In this document: in pieces, positions 9,647-19,332 of the stretch
How the letters are laid out: the number at the start of each line of letters is the position of its first letter
Numbering within the stretch: position 1 is the stretch's first letter
NCBI GenBank assembly: GCA_045541155.1
Contig: JAZQIN010000017.1
Span: forward strand, 12,798 to 76,797
Length of the DNA stretch: 64,000 nucleotides
Reading direction: 5' to 3'
Origin: Faecousia sp.
GTDB lineage: Bacteria > Bacillota > Clostridia > Oscillospirales > Oscillospiraceae
Notes under the pieces: generated by a model
Databases searched by the model: none
What the model was told of the DNA's origin: nothing
What the model saw: the letters and a program-made list of their open reading frames with translations, nothing else
Position numbers and translations under genes: made by a program

Positions 9647-9713
9647 TATTGAATGCGGATTTCGTGCGCCATTCCCCTTTATTTGCATTAATAGACGGAT
9701 GGTTTGAGAGAGA

Positions 9714-9742
9714 TTGACAGTTAGGTGGTATTTTGTTATACT
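9714..9742 (+). promoter_or_regulatory. sigmaA promoter of AGCS symporter
   Basis: TTGACA-17-TATACT with extended TG. Confidence 0.7.
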
Positions 9743-9773
9743 GTTTTAAGAATAAATGATGTGAGGGTTAGGC

Positions 9774-11171
9774 ATGTTTGATCAAATCATTGCGTCCGTG
9801 AATGACGTACTCTACAGTTGGGTGCTGATTATCGTGCTAGTGGTCGGTGGCCTCTGGTTCAGCATCCGCACCAAATTCGTTCAGTTTCGCCTGTTCAGGG
9901 AGCAGATTCGTGCTGTGACTGAAAAGCCGGATGGCGGCGGTGTTTCGTCCTTTCAGGCACTGATGGTCTCTACCGCATCCCGGGTGGGCACTGGAAACAT
10001 TGTGGGTGTTTCCACGGCATTGTGCCTCGGCGGCTTCGGTTCTGTGTTTTGGATGTGGATTATTGCGCTGCTGGGCAGCGCTTCGGCTATTATCGAAAGC
10101 ACGCTGGCTCAGATTTACAAGAAACGGGGGGCTGACGGAAGCTACGGCGGCCCAGCCTACTACATTCAGGCGGCAATGAAAAAACGCTGGCTGGCGTTGG
10201 TCTTTACTGTGTTTTTGATTTTGACCTATGGTGTCGGCTTCAATATGCTGGCATCGTATAACCTTCAGTCTACCTTCTCGGGTTACAGCTTCTATGATTC
10301 GGCGGTGTCTCCCTGGATTATCGGTGGCATCCTTGCGGTGGTGGTAGGCTTTTGCCTGTTCGGTGGTGGCAAGCGAATCATCAATGCAACCACGGCTATC
10401 GTTCCCGTGATGGGCGTTGCCTACATTCTGGTGGCACTGGTGGTCACGCTGATTAATGTGACCCGTCTACCGGATGTCTTTGTCCGCATCTTCACAGATG
10501 CCTTTGATTTTGAGGCGATTTTTGGCGGTTTCAGCGGCTCCTGCGTGATGTATGGCATCAAGCGTGGTCTGTTCAGTAATGAGGCCGGTGTAGGCTCCGC
10601 ACCGAACGCTTCCGCATCTGCCGAGGTCTGCCACCCTGCCAAGCAGGGCTTGGTTCAGGTGTTGTCGGTGTTCATCGATACCATTCTGGTATGTTCCGCT
10701 ACCGCATTCCTGTGCATGAGCTCCGGTGTGGAGCCGACAGCGGAATTGTCCGGCGCACCTTATGTACAGATGGCGGTGAAGGCAACACTGGGCAGTTTTG
10801 GCTCCATTTTCATCACCATTTCCATGATTCTGTTTGCCTTTACCACCCTGTTGGGCAACCTATTTTACGTGGATAAGGGACTGTGCTTTATGATGGGCAA
10901 ACAGCCCGGAAAGCTATTTATGCGAATCTATTATGTGATTGCCTCCGGCGTGATTTTTCTGGGTGCCGGACTGGATGCAGGTCTGCTCTGGGATGTGGCG
11001 GATTTGACCATGGGTGGTATGACCCTGATCAATATGCCGGTGATTCTGGTACTGAGCAAGTATGCCTTCCGTTGCCTCAAGGATTACACGAATCAGCGTA
11101 AACTGGGCAAAGAACCCAAATTCCGTGCCAAAGACATCGGCCTGCCCCATGAGGTGGACTATTGGCAGTAA
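9774..11171 (+). CDS. Alanine/glycine:cation symporter (AGCS/AlsT family)
   Basis: SRVGTGNIVGV, ESTLAQIYK, GGPAYYI, KRGLFSNEAGVGSAP. Confidence 0.92.
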   Translation: MFDQIIASVNDVLYSWVLIIVLVVGGLWFSIRTKFVQFRLFREQIRAVTEKPDGGGVSSFQALMVSTASRVGTGNIVGVSTALCLGGFGSVFWMWIIALLGSASAIIESTLAQIYKKRGADGSYGGPAYYIQAAMKKRWLALVFTVFLILTYGVGFNMLASYNLQSTFSGYSFYDSAVSPWIIGGILAVVVGFCLFGGGKRIINATTAIVPVMGVAYILVALVVTLINVTRLPDVFVRIFTDAFDFEAIFGGFSGSCVMYGIKRGLFSNEAGVGSAPNASASAEVCHPAKQGLVQVLSVFIDTILVCSATAFLCMSSGVEPTAELSGAPYVQMAVKATLGSFGSIFITISMILFAFTTLLGNLFYVDKGLCFMMGKQPGKLFMRIYYVIASGVIFLGAGLDAGLLWDVADLTMGGMTLINMPVILVLSKYAFRCLKDYTNQRKLGKEPKFRAKDIGLPHEVDYWQ

Positions 11172-11175
11172 CCAT

Positions 11176-11203
11176 AACCGGGCGTGTTGGACACGCCCGG
11201 TTT
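11176..11203 (+). terminator. Intrinsic terminator
   Basis: AACCGGGCGTGT-3-ACACGCCCGGTT. Confidence 0.75.
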
Positions 11204-11322
11204 GTGCTTTTTTGGGAAGGTTACATAAAAAATATTTGCGCCGACGAGGAGCTGACGGCCTGAAGATATGACATAACCCACAAAAAAGATATGGTTTTTT
11301 GCAATAATATGTCAAAAGGTAC

Positions 11323-11351
11323 TTGCAAATTGCGCAAAATGGGTGTATAAT
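11323..11351 (+). promoter_or_regulatory. sigmaA promoter of CdaR-family gene
   Basis: TTGCAA-17-TATAAT. Confidence 0.6.
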
Positions 11352-11407
11352 GATAAGGCAGTTTTGTGTAATGCGCATTTGTGCAGTTTTGTAAGGAGGA
11401 TATGGCA

Positions 11408-12496
11408 ATGTCCAACAGTGTTTTTCAGAGTGTAATCGTTCAGCTCAAGGATGTGGCTGACCGGATGTTTGGTGTTATCGATTCTGATGGGTGCGTGGTT
11501 TCCTGCACCGATACGTCCCTTCTGGGGGAGCGCTGGGTCGATGCGGCCCTGAAGCTGGCCAGTGCCGGGGAGGGGATGGTCACCTTCGCCCAAAAGACTT
11601 TTAAACCTATCATCAACAGCACCAATCTTATGGAGTATGCTGTGTTCTGCAACGGTGACGATGAGGTCGCCAAAAGCTACTGCGCCATGGCTTATGTGGC
11701 ACTGAATGATGCGAAGATTTTCTATGAGGAAAAGCATGACCGTGGCACATTCGTCAAGAATATCATCATGGACAATATCCTCCCCGGCGATATCTACATC
11801 CGGGCCAAGGAGCTACACTTCTCCACCGATGCCCCTCGGGCAGTGTTTTTGGTGCGTCAGGTTGGCCACAGTGATGTGGCGACGGTGGATGTGCTGGCTG
11901 GTATGTTCCCGGACAAGCTGCAGGATTTCGTTCTGAGCATCAATGAGAATGATATTGCAGTGATTAAGCAAATTACCCCCACCACCACGGAGGAAGATTT
12001 GGATGTCATTGCCCGTCAGATTGAGGACACGCTGCGAGATGAGCTGTTTATTAAGACGGTCATTGGTATCGGCACCATCGCCGAGCATCTGCGTTCTCTG
12101 GCGGATTCCTACAAGGAAGCCCAGACGGCCATCGATGTGGGCAAGGTTTTTGACACGGAAAAGAGCATCATCAATTACGAAAATCTGGGCATCGGTCGGT
12201 TGATTTATCAGTTGCCCACTACGTTGTGCGAGATTTTCCTCAGCGAGGTGTTCAAGAAGAATTCCATTGATTCTCTGGATCAGGAGACCTTGTTTACCAT
12301 CAATAAGTTCTTTGAGAACAATCTGATTGTCTCCGAGACCTCCCGGAAGCTGTTCGTACATCGTAACACGCTGGTCTATCGTCTGGAGAAAATCAAGAAG
12401 CTCACCGGACTGGATTTGCGCCAGTTTGACCATGCCATCGTCTTTAAGGTGGCGCTGATGGTCCGCAAGTATCTGTCCAGCCGGGACAGCCGCTGA
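11408..12496 (+). CDS. CdaR/PucR-family transcriptional regulator
   Basis: C-terminal HTH SETSRKLFVHRNTLVYRLEKI; AAGGAGG RBS; ATG 11402 is an alternative start. Confidence 0.88.
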   Translation: MSNSVFQSVIVQLKDVADRMFGVIDSDGCVVSCTDTSLLGERWVDAALKLASAGEGMVTFAQKTFKPIINSTNLMEYAVFCNGDDEVAKSYCAMAYVALNDAKIFYEEKHDRGTFVKNIIMDNILPGDIYIRAKELHFSTDAPRAVFLVRQVGHSDVATVDVLAGMFPDKLQDFVLSINENDIAVIKQITPTTTEEDLDVIARQIEDTLRDELFIKTVIGIGTIAEHLRSLADSYKEAQTAIDVGKVFDTEKSIINYENLGIGRLIYQLPTTLCEIFLSEVFKKNSIDSLDQETLFTINKFFENNLIVSETSRKLFVHRNTLVYRLEKIKKLTGLDLRQFDHAIVFKVALMVRKYLSSRDSR

Positions 12497-12511
12497 TACA
12501 TTATAAATAAC

Positions 12512-12539
12512 AGGGCGTGTTGCAACCGCAACACGCCCT
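12512..12539. terminator. Terminator between convergent genes
   Basis: AGGGCGTGTTGC-4-GCAACACGCCCT. Confidence 0.75.
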
Positions 12540-12590
12540 TTCAATTTATCAAAAGTGTCCTTAAATCTTCAGAAAAAAGAAATTATGTGG

Positions 12591-13895
12591 TTATACGGGG
12601 TCCGGGGATTTAATGGGAATCTTACGGGCTTTATATAGCTTGTACATTTCCTCGGTGGCCATGCGGGTCTTAGCGACCACATCCTCACCTTGGGGGAAGC
12701 AGTAATAGAGCCGGTCACTGTTGCCGATGGAGATGATGTCCCCAATCTCATACCAGTAATAGTCTGCGTTTAACCCATAGCTGTTCAAAGGTTTCTGTTC
12801 GTACTCCAGTTTGCCGTTACAGCCGGTCAGGTGAAAACCATTCAAATCGTGGATTAGGCGGCCTTCGCCGACCATATAGAGGGCCTTGAAGTCCACCAGC
12901 ATACCGATTTTTACATCCGTCTCCATTCGGTAGGTGCCGTCCATAATTTCCTGGCGGACCTGCTCCCGTTCCCAGCGGAACCAGTCAGGGATGTGGGAGA
13001 ATTCCGTTTCTCCATCCAGTGCGTTCAGCTTGCCCAAAGGAGTCAGCTCGTAACGTTTTCCGCAGTGATTGCAGTGCAGGTGGATACCTTTACCAATCAT
13101 TTGACCCTCGGTTTTGCAGTTGGGGCACTTATATAGGAGACGGTTCAGGCCGTCAGCCCGGAAGGGTTCATTGATTTCAAGGCCCTGTTGCTCCTGCCAT
13201 TGGAAGTGGTCGAAGCCAAAGGCAGCATCCAATCCGTCACTCAGCTCTTTGACGCTCATTTCGTGAATCTGCTCCCGTGTGAACAGGCAACGGGCTTTGG
13301 CTGAAACCTTTACGCTTTTTCGGACTTGCAACTCGTTGTACAGAGGGTTTCTGGAGAAAGCACCGAAGGACTCAATCATAATCACCGGTACATCGAACTT
13401 CTTTAGCAGTACGCCCATCTTACGGGGGAGGGCAGTGGCAGTGCCGTCAAAGGAATAACCGGCCTCAGGATACATCAGCACACTGGTCTTGAGGGTTTTA
13501 AAGGCGTAGGTCATATCCTGTATCAGGTTCAGGTCGGTGACGAATTTCTGGGTGGGAATGCAGCCGATGGTACGCATCAGCCAGCCCATCAGACCACCCA
13601 TGCCGACGAATGCGTCGGTGGTAGAGACAATACAGAAATGCTTTGGGTAGAGCATCCGGTAAACCATTTGCATATCCAGAAAACAGGAATGGTTCATCAG
13701 AATCAGACAGGGTTCCTTTTTCAGATGTTCCAGTCCTTCGGCTTCGTACCGGAAGCCGGTTCCGGCCATGCCGAAGTTGGTCAAAAAACGAATCAGGCTA
13801 CGCCAGAAAATGTTGACCTTCTTTGGGTGCTTCCGCTTGTAACGGGGCAGCGCCATGACTTCGTCGAAGTCTTTGTTCTTAACAGATATCTTCAT
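12591..13895 (-). CDS. PlsC-like lysophospholipid acyltransferase with C-terminal Zn-ribbon extension
   Basis: NHSCFLD (NHxxxxD), YPEAG, then YKCPNC...HCNHC; ATG 13895 with AAGGAG RBS. Confidence 0.8.
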   Translation of the reverse strand: MKISVKNKDFDEVMALPRYKRKHPKKVNIFWRSLIRFLTNFGMAGTGFRYEAEGLEHLKKEPCLILMNHSCFLDMQMVYRMLYPKHFCIVSTTDAFVGMGGLMGWLMRTIGCIPTQKFVTDLNLIQDMTYAFKTLKTSVLMYPEAGYSFDGTATALPRKMGVLLKKFDVPVIMIESFGAFSRNPLYNELQVRKSVKVSAKARCLFTREQIHEMSVKELSDGLDAAFGFDHFQWQEQQGLEINEPFRADGLNRLLYKCPNCKTEGQMIGKGIHLHCNHCGKRYELTPLGKLNALDGETEFSHIPDWFRWEREQVRQEIMDGTYRMETDVKIGMLVDFKALYMVGEGRLIHDLNGFHLTGCNGKLEYEQKPLNSYGLNADYYWYEIGDIISIGNSDRLYYCFPQGEDVVAKTRMATEEMYKLYKARKIPIKSPDPV

Positions 13896-14008
13896 CGTGC
13901 CGCTCCTTGTTATAATTTTATTCATGATTTGTTCACTAATTATACCGCTGACTGCAAAAAAAGTCAACGGATTATCCTTCCTGACCCGGTAATTTCCGTA
14001 AAATACAG

Positions 14009-14037
14009 TTGACGTTTCATTTGTTTGGATGTATAAT
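14009..14037 (+). promoter_or_regulatory. sigmaA promoter of amino-acid ABC operon
   Basis: TTGACG-17-TATAAT. Confidence 0.65.
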
Positions 14038-14081
14038 CGAATCATCTGTAATCAAATATTTATAAAAAGGAGATTGAAATC

Positions 14082-14864
14082 ATGAAAAAAGTCCTCGCAC
14101 TGATTCTGGCAGCGTTGATGCTGATGGGTATGCTGTCCGGCTGTGGCAGCAAGGATGCTGCTGACGGCGAACTGCAGACCGTCGAGAAAGGCAAGCTGAT
14201 TATGTCCACCAATGCTGCGTTCCCTCCCTACGAAATGACCACCGATGATGGCGGCTACGCCGGTATCGACGTGGAAATCGCACAGGCTATCGCTGACAAG
14301 CTGGGCCTGGAGCTGGTTATCGACGATATGGATTTCGATGCTGCTCTGATGGCTGTTCAGCAGGGCAAGAGTGATATGGTCATGGCCGGTGTATCTGTTA
14401 CCGATAAGCGAAAGAAGGTTATGGAGTTCTCTGACAGCTACGCTACCGGTATTCAAGTTGTCATCGTTAAGGAAGGCTCCGATGTGACCATGGACAATCT
14501 GGGTGACAAGATGATTGGAACCCAGCGTGGCACCACCGGCTATCTGTACGCTTCCGACACCCCCGAGAACGGCGGCTACGGTGAGGACCATGTGATTGCT
14601 TACGACAACGGCGCTAGTGCCGTGATGGCTCTGCAGAACGGTCAGGTGGACTGCGTTATCATCGACAAAGCTCCTGCTCAGGAGTACGTTAAGGCCAACC
14701 CCGGTCTGACTCTGCTGGAGGGGAGCTGGGTTGAGGAGCAGTATGCCATTGGCTTCGACAAGGGCAACACCGGTCTGCGTGACAAGGTGAATCAGGCTCT
14801 AAAGGAGCTGACCGAGGACGGCACCATCCAGAAGATTATTGACAAGTACATCAATGCAAATTAA
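14082..14864 (+). CDS. Polar amino-acid ABC transporter substrate-binding lipoprotein
   Basis: Lipobox LSGC, TNAAFPPYE, GTQRGTTG. Confidence 0.92.
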   Translation: MKKVLALILAALMLMGMLSGCGSKDAADGELQTVEKGKLIMSTNAAFPPYEMTTDDGGYAGIDVEIAQAIADKLGLELVIDDMDFDAALMAVQQGKSDMVMAGVSVTDKRKKVMEFSDSYATGIQVVIVKEGSDVTMDNLGDKMIGTQRGTTGYLYASDTPENGGYGEDHVIAYDNGASAVMALQNGQVDCVIIDKAPAQEYVKANPGLTLLEGSWVEEQYAIGFDKGNTGLRDKVNQALKELTEDGTIQKIIDKYINAN

Positions 14865-14925
14865 GTGCCATGAAAAGGGGCGGCTCAGCCGCCCTTTTTC
14901 TGATGAAGAATTGTGAGGATTATTT

Positions 14926-15690
14926 GTGGAAAACTATCTACTTTGGAGCGAAATGATGGAAGAAGGCAAAGTGCTTCCCTTTTGGCAGGAGTGCTATGTC
15001 AAATTCTATGAGGCTTTCATTGAGGCGGATCGGTGGAAACAGTATCTTGAAGGTGTTGGTACCACGCTGTATGTGACGGTATTGGCGCTGGCACTGGGAA
15101 TTGCGCTGGGTGTGGTGGTTGCTATCATTCGTACCGCCCATGACCAGCAACGTCCGGGAAAGAAGAATTTCTTTCTGGGGTTTGTCAATGTCATTTGCAA
15201 GGTTTACATCACCGTTATTCGCGGAACACCTATGATTGTTCAGCTGATGATCATGGGATTTGTTATTTTTAGTTCCAGCCGCGACTTTACATCCGTTGGC
15301 GTTTTGACACTGGGCATCAATTCCGGTGCTTATGTGGCCGAAATCATCCGTGGTGGTCTAATGTCTCTGGATCCCGGCCAGATGGAGGCTGGTCGCAGTC
15401 TTGGCATGGGCTATATCGATACCATGCGTTTCGTGGTCATTCCTCAGGCGTTCAAGGCGATTCTGCCGGCTTTGGGTAATGAATTCATTATCCTGCTGAA
15501 GGATACTTCTCTGATTTCTTTCATTGGCGGCAAGGAACTGATGTACGCCGTTGACGGCATCACTAACCGTACCTATGAGCAGATGTTCCCCTTGATTGGT
15601 GCAGGATTGATTTACCTTGTGCTTGTTATGGTACTGACCTGGCTGCTGGGACTGCTGGAAAGGAGGCTGCGTCAAAGTGATCGACGTTAA
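14926..15690 (+). CDS. Polar amino-acid ABC transporter permease
   Basis: [31 protein letters not shown]. Confidence 0.92.
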   Translation: MENYLLWSEMMEEGKVLPFWQECYVKFYEAFIEADRWKQYLEGVGTTLYVTVLALALGIALGVVVAIIRTAHDQQRPGKKNFFLGFVNVICKVYITVIRGTPMIVQLMIMGFVIFSSSRDFTSVGVLTLGINSGAYVAEIIRGGLMSLDPGQMEAGRSLGMGYIDTMRFVVIPQAFKAILPALGNEFIILLKDTSLISFIGGKELMYAVDGITNRTYEQMFPLIGAGLIYLVLVMVLTWLLGLLERRLRQSDRR

Positions 15691-16399
15691 AAATTTGTCA
15701 AAATCCTTTGGGAATCATCTGGTTTTGGATAATATTTCCGAACATATTACTCCTGGTGAAAAGGTTGTTATCATTGGCCCCTCCGGCTCGGGAAAGTCTA
15801 CCTTTTTACGGTGCATGAATCTGATGGAGTACCCTACCTCCGGCAGCATCACCTTCGATGGCGTGGAGACCACTGACCCTAAGACGAATATCGATTTGGT
15901 GCGTCAGCAGATGGGTATGGTGTTCCAGCATTTCAATCTGTTTCCGAACATGACCATCCTGAAAAACATTACGCTGGCGCCGGTGCGTACCAAGCGGATG
16001 ACCAAAGCTGAAGCGGAGCAGAAGGCAATGCAGCTACTGCGCCGGGTTGGACTGGAGGATAAGGCTAACGCTTATCCCAGTCAACTCTCCGGCGGACAGA
16101 AGCAGCGAATCGCCATCGTTCGTGCGCTGGCAATGGATCCGAAGGTGATTCTGTTTGACGAGCCAACTTCCGCACTGGATCCGGAAATGGTCGGCGAGGT
16201 GCTTGCCGTCATGAAGGAGCTGGCGGCGGAGGGCATGACCATGGTAGTCGTGACCCATGAGATGGGCTTCGCCCGTGAGGTCAGCGACCGGGTTATGTTC
16301 ATGGACGAAGGAAAAATTGTGGAGCAGGGAAGCCCCAGCGAGTTGTTTGGTAATCCCAAGCATCCCCGTTTGCAAGAATTCCTGTCGAAGGTGTTATAA
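15677..16399 (+). CDS. Polar amino-acid ABC transporter ATP-binding protein (GlnQ-like)
   Basis: [26 protein letters not shown]. Confidence 0.95.
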   Translation: MIDVKNLSKSFGNHLVLDNISEHITPGEKVVIIGPSGSGKSTFLRCMNLMEYPTSGSITFDGVETTDPKTNIDLVRQQMGMVFQHFNLFPNMTILKNITLAPVRTKRMTKAEAEQKAMQLLRRVGLEDKANAYPSQLSGGQKQRIAIVRALAMDPKVILFDEPTSALDPEMVGEVLAVMKELAAEGMTMVVVTHEMGFAREVSDRVMFMDEGKIVEQGSPSELFGNPKHPRLQEFLSKVL

Positions 16400-16529
16400 T
16401 AATGTAGGGGCGGCTGCCCAGGGCAGCCGCTTTTCTATCTGACAGTTATTAATAACACCAACTCCCTCTTGCAAATACCGGGAAAGTTGCTATAATAAAA
16501 GTCAAATCATTTATAAGGGGGAGTAGGCA

Positions 16530-17912
16530 GTGGCAGGACTTCGCAGCAAATTAATACGCACCTTTTCCGAAAAGCGTTCCAAAAGTCTCAGCACGACCCG
16601 AATTATTGCACTGGTGTTTCTGGGGTTGATCCTGCTTGGGACGCTGCTGCTGACGCTGCCGGCGGCATCTCGTTCCGGCGTGTCCTGTGGCTTCCGGTCA
16701 GCCCTATTTACAGCCACGTCTGCGACCTGTGTCACCGGCCTTGTACTACATGACACGTTCTCCCAGTGGAGCGGCTTCGGTCAGACGGTTATTATTTGTC
16801 TGATTCAAATCGGTGGCCTCGGCTTTATGAGTGTGGCTACGCTGGTGGTATTCCTGCTGCGGCGGAAAATGGGGCTGAGGCAGCGAATGGTCATTGCGCA
16901 GGCGTTGAGTCTGAATGACATGGACGGCGTAGTGCGACTTCAGAAATGGGTGATTACAGGCAGTTTGTCCATTGAAGCTGTAGGCGCATTCATTCTGACT
17001 TTGCATTTTCTTCCGGATTATGGGTTTGCAACGGCACTGAAGTGGGGCGTGTTTCATTCCATTTCCGCCTTCTGCAATGCCGGATTTGATATTCTCGGAT
17101 GTATCACTCCGGGAGCTAGCCTAATGGAATTCAACAGTGATCCGGTGGTGTTGTTGACGTTAAGTTCTCTGGTCATTCTTGGTGGCCTTGGTTTTTTGGT
17201 GTGGGAGGAAGTAATCTCTTTTCCGAAGTCTAAAAAGCTCAGTGTCTACACCCGACTGGTTCTGGTGACAACCGGTGTTTTATTGACCCTCGGCACGGTA
17301 CTGGTGGCGCTGACAGAATGGAATAATCCGGATACCATCGGCAATATGAGCGTTGGAGATAAGCTCCTCAACTGTTTCTTCCAGTCGGTGACGACTCGTA
17401 CCGCCGGTTTTGCGGCGGTGGATCAGGCGGCACTGACCGATGCCGGAAAGGGTATCTCCATTCTGTTGATGTTCATTGGTGGTTCCTCCGGCTCCACTGC
17501 TGGTGGTGTCAAGACGGTGACCATGATGGTGCTGTTACTTTCCATCTGGTCTCAGGCCAGAGGTAAAAGCTCTGTTACAGCGTTTCGCAGAACCATTCCG
17601 GCAAAACAGGTCATGGATGCCATGACCATCGTTTCCATGATTACCGCCTTGGCGATGTTCGGTACGATTATTATCTGTGCCACTTCGCCGGTGAGATTCA
17701 CCGATGGGCTGTTTGAATCTGTTTCCGCTTTGGCTACGGTTGGTGTGACTGCTGGAGTGACAACCAGCCTCAGTATTGTGGCGCAGTTTTTGATGATTCT
17801 ATATATGTATTTCGGTCGTGTGGGTGTGCTGACCATCAGCCTCGGCTTCCTGATGGGAAGTCAGGCGGAGGAACGGTTCCGTTACGCATCGACCAATTTG
17901 ATGATTGGTTAA
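16530..17912 (+). CDS. Ktr/Trk K+ uptake membrane subunit (KtrB/TrkH)
   Basis: SATCVTGL, SAFCNAGF, TRTAGF, SALATVG pore loops. Confidence 0.92.
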   Translation: MAGLRSKLIRTFSEKRSKSLSTTRIIALVFLGLILLGTLLLTLPAASRSGVSCGFRSALFTATSATCVTGLVLHDTFSQWSGFGQTVIICLIQIGGLGFMSVATLVVFLLRRKMGLRQRMVIAQALSLNDMDGVVRLQKWVITGSLSIEAVGAFILTLHFLPDYGFATALKWGVFHSISAFCNAGFDILGCITPGASLMEFNSDPVVLLTLSSLVILGGLGFLVWEEVISFPKSKKLSVYTRLVLVTTGVLLTLGTVLVALTEWNNPDTIGNMSVGDKLLNCFFQSVTTRTAGFAAVDQAALTDAGKGISILLMFIGGSSGSTAGGVKTVTMMVLLLSIWSQARGKSSVTAFRRTIPAKQVMDAMTIVSMITALAMFGTIIICATSPVRFTDGLFESVSALATVGVTAGVTTSLSIVAQFLMILYMYFGRVGVLTISLGFLMGSQAEERFRYASTNLMIG

Positions 17913-17923
17913 GGAGGACCCTT

Positions 17924-18571
17924 ATGAAATCTTATGCGGTGATTGGCCTTGGACGGTTTGGTGCTGAGGTGGCCCGGCATTTGTGCCGTCTGGGCTGCCA
18001 GGTGCTGGCGATGGACATTGATGCAGAGCTGGTCAGTCAAGTGGCCAATGATGTGACCCATGCGGTAGTGGGGGACGGGCAGGATAAGGAAGTCCTTCGC
18101 GCACTGGGCGTGCAGGATTTGGACTGTGCGGTGGTTGCCATCGGTGACGATTTGGCGGCCTCGGTGCTGGTGACCATGAACCTGAAGGAGTTGGGCCTGC
18201 CGATGATTATCTGTAAGGCCCATGATGAAATGCATCGACGTGTGTTGGATAAGCTTGGTGCGGACCGGGTGGTGATTCCGGAACAGGATCAGGGCCAACG
18301 GCTGGCGAGAAGTCTGTCTACGCCCAATGTGCTGGACTACATCGAACTATCCGATGAGTATGGCATCGTGGAGGTGCCGGCCCCCCAGAGCTGGAGCGGT
18401 CAGACCCTGAAGGAGCTGAACGTCCGAGCAAAGCTTGGCGTGAACATCCTCGCCATCCGGCGGCAGGGGAAAATCAACGTATCCCCCTCGGCGGACTTTG
18501 CCATCGGTGCGGCGGATGTGCTGGTGATTCTTGGCGATAGTTACGCCCTGAAAAAGGTGCAGAAGCTATGA
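17924..18571 (+). CDS. Ktr/Trk K+ uptake RCK subunit (KtrA/TrkA)
   Basis: GLGRFG Rossmann fold plus RCK_C domain. Confidence 0.92.
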   Translation: MKSYAVIGLGRFGAEVARHLCRLGCQVLAMDIDAELVSQVANDVTHAVVGDGQDKEVLRALGVQDLDCAVVAIGDDLAASVLVTMNLKELGLPMIICKAHDEMHRRVLDKLGADRVVIPEQDQGQRLARSLSTPNVLDYIELSDEYGIVEVPAPQSWSGQTLKELNVRAKLGVNILAIRRQGKINVSPSADFAIGAADVLVILGDSYALKKVQKL

Positions 18572-19317
18572 ATGAAATCCGAATAACGTCTCGAAAGAAT
18601 CCGCTGCTCCAGCAGGTGCGGCGATTGCTCAGTTCCCGGCGGGAACGGGAGACGGACGGCCTGTTCGTGGCGGATGGAACGAAGCTTCTTCAGGAGGCGG
18701 TTCGTTACTGGTCTGGATTGGAGACGGTCATTCTTTCTGACGGCGTGGAGGCGCAGGTGCCGGATAATGTCCGGTTGATTCGTGTCCCTGGCGATGTGAT
18801 GGAGTCCATTTCTCCCATGCAGAGTCCTCAAGGGGCTTTGTTTCTGTGCAGACTGCCGCAGCGGACCGCATTTTATCCGTTTTCTGGAATGCTGCTTTTG
18901 GATGGCATTCAGGATCCGGGAAATTTGGGCACCATACTCCGGACGGCGGATGCGCTGGATGTACCAGTGGCGCTGTTGGAGGGGTGCGCCGATCCATACA
19001 GCCACAAGACTGTTCGTGCCAGCATGGGAGCGGTGTTCCGCAGTCCAGTGGTCAGCACCACATGGCAGGAGGTCAAATCAGCTTGCGAGGCGAATAAAAT
19101 CCCGGTGGCTGTGACGGCGCTGACAGAGCGGGCTAGTGATTTGCGGCAAGCAATACTGAAAGACATGGTAGTGGTGATTGGCAGTGAGGGCAGAGGTGTC
19201 CGGCAGGAAATTCTGGATGCGGCGGATGCGGAGCTGATTATTCCCATGAATCCCCACTGCGAATCCCTTAATGCCGCAGTGGCGGCCACCATTGTGATGT
19301 GGCAGATGAAACAGTAA
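18568..19317 (+). CDS. TrmH/SpoU-family RNA methyltransferase
   Basis: QDPGNLGTILR, GSEGRG, ESLNAAVAA. Confidence 0.9.
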   Translation: MNEIRITSRKNPLLQQVRRLLSSRRERETDGLFVADGTKLLQEAVRYWSGLETVILSDGVEAQVPDNVRLIRVPGDVMESISPMQSPQGALFLCRLPQRTAFYPFSGMLLLDGIQDPGNLGTILRTADALDVPVALLEGCADPYSHKTVRASMGAVFRSPVVSTTWQEVKSACEANKIPVAVTALTERASDLRQAILKDMVVVIGSEGRGVRQEILDAADAELIIPMNPHCESLNAAVAATIVMWQMKQ

Positions 19318-19332
19318 GAGGAGGCGAGCCGG

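Noticed and set aside
9650-9774. Glycine riboswitch or T-box before the AGCS symporter (and before leuS)
   Set aside because: Promoter lies about 30 nt from the ATG, no aptamer or T-box motif, and leuS is operon-internal
14028-14065. ArgR box at the amino-acid ABC promoter
   Set aside because: AT-rich with only a partial match to TGAATwwwwATTCA
16400-16530. c-di-AMP riboswitch before ktr/trk
   Set aside because: Predicted leader is about 30 nt and lacks ydaO motifs
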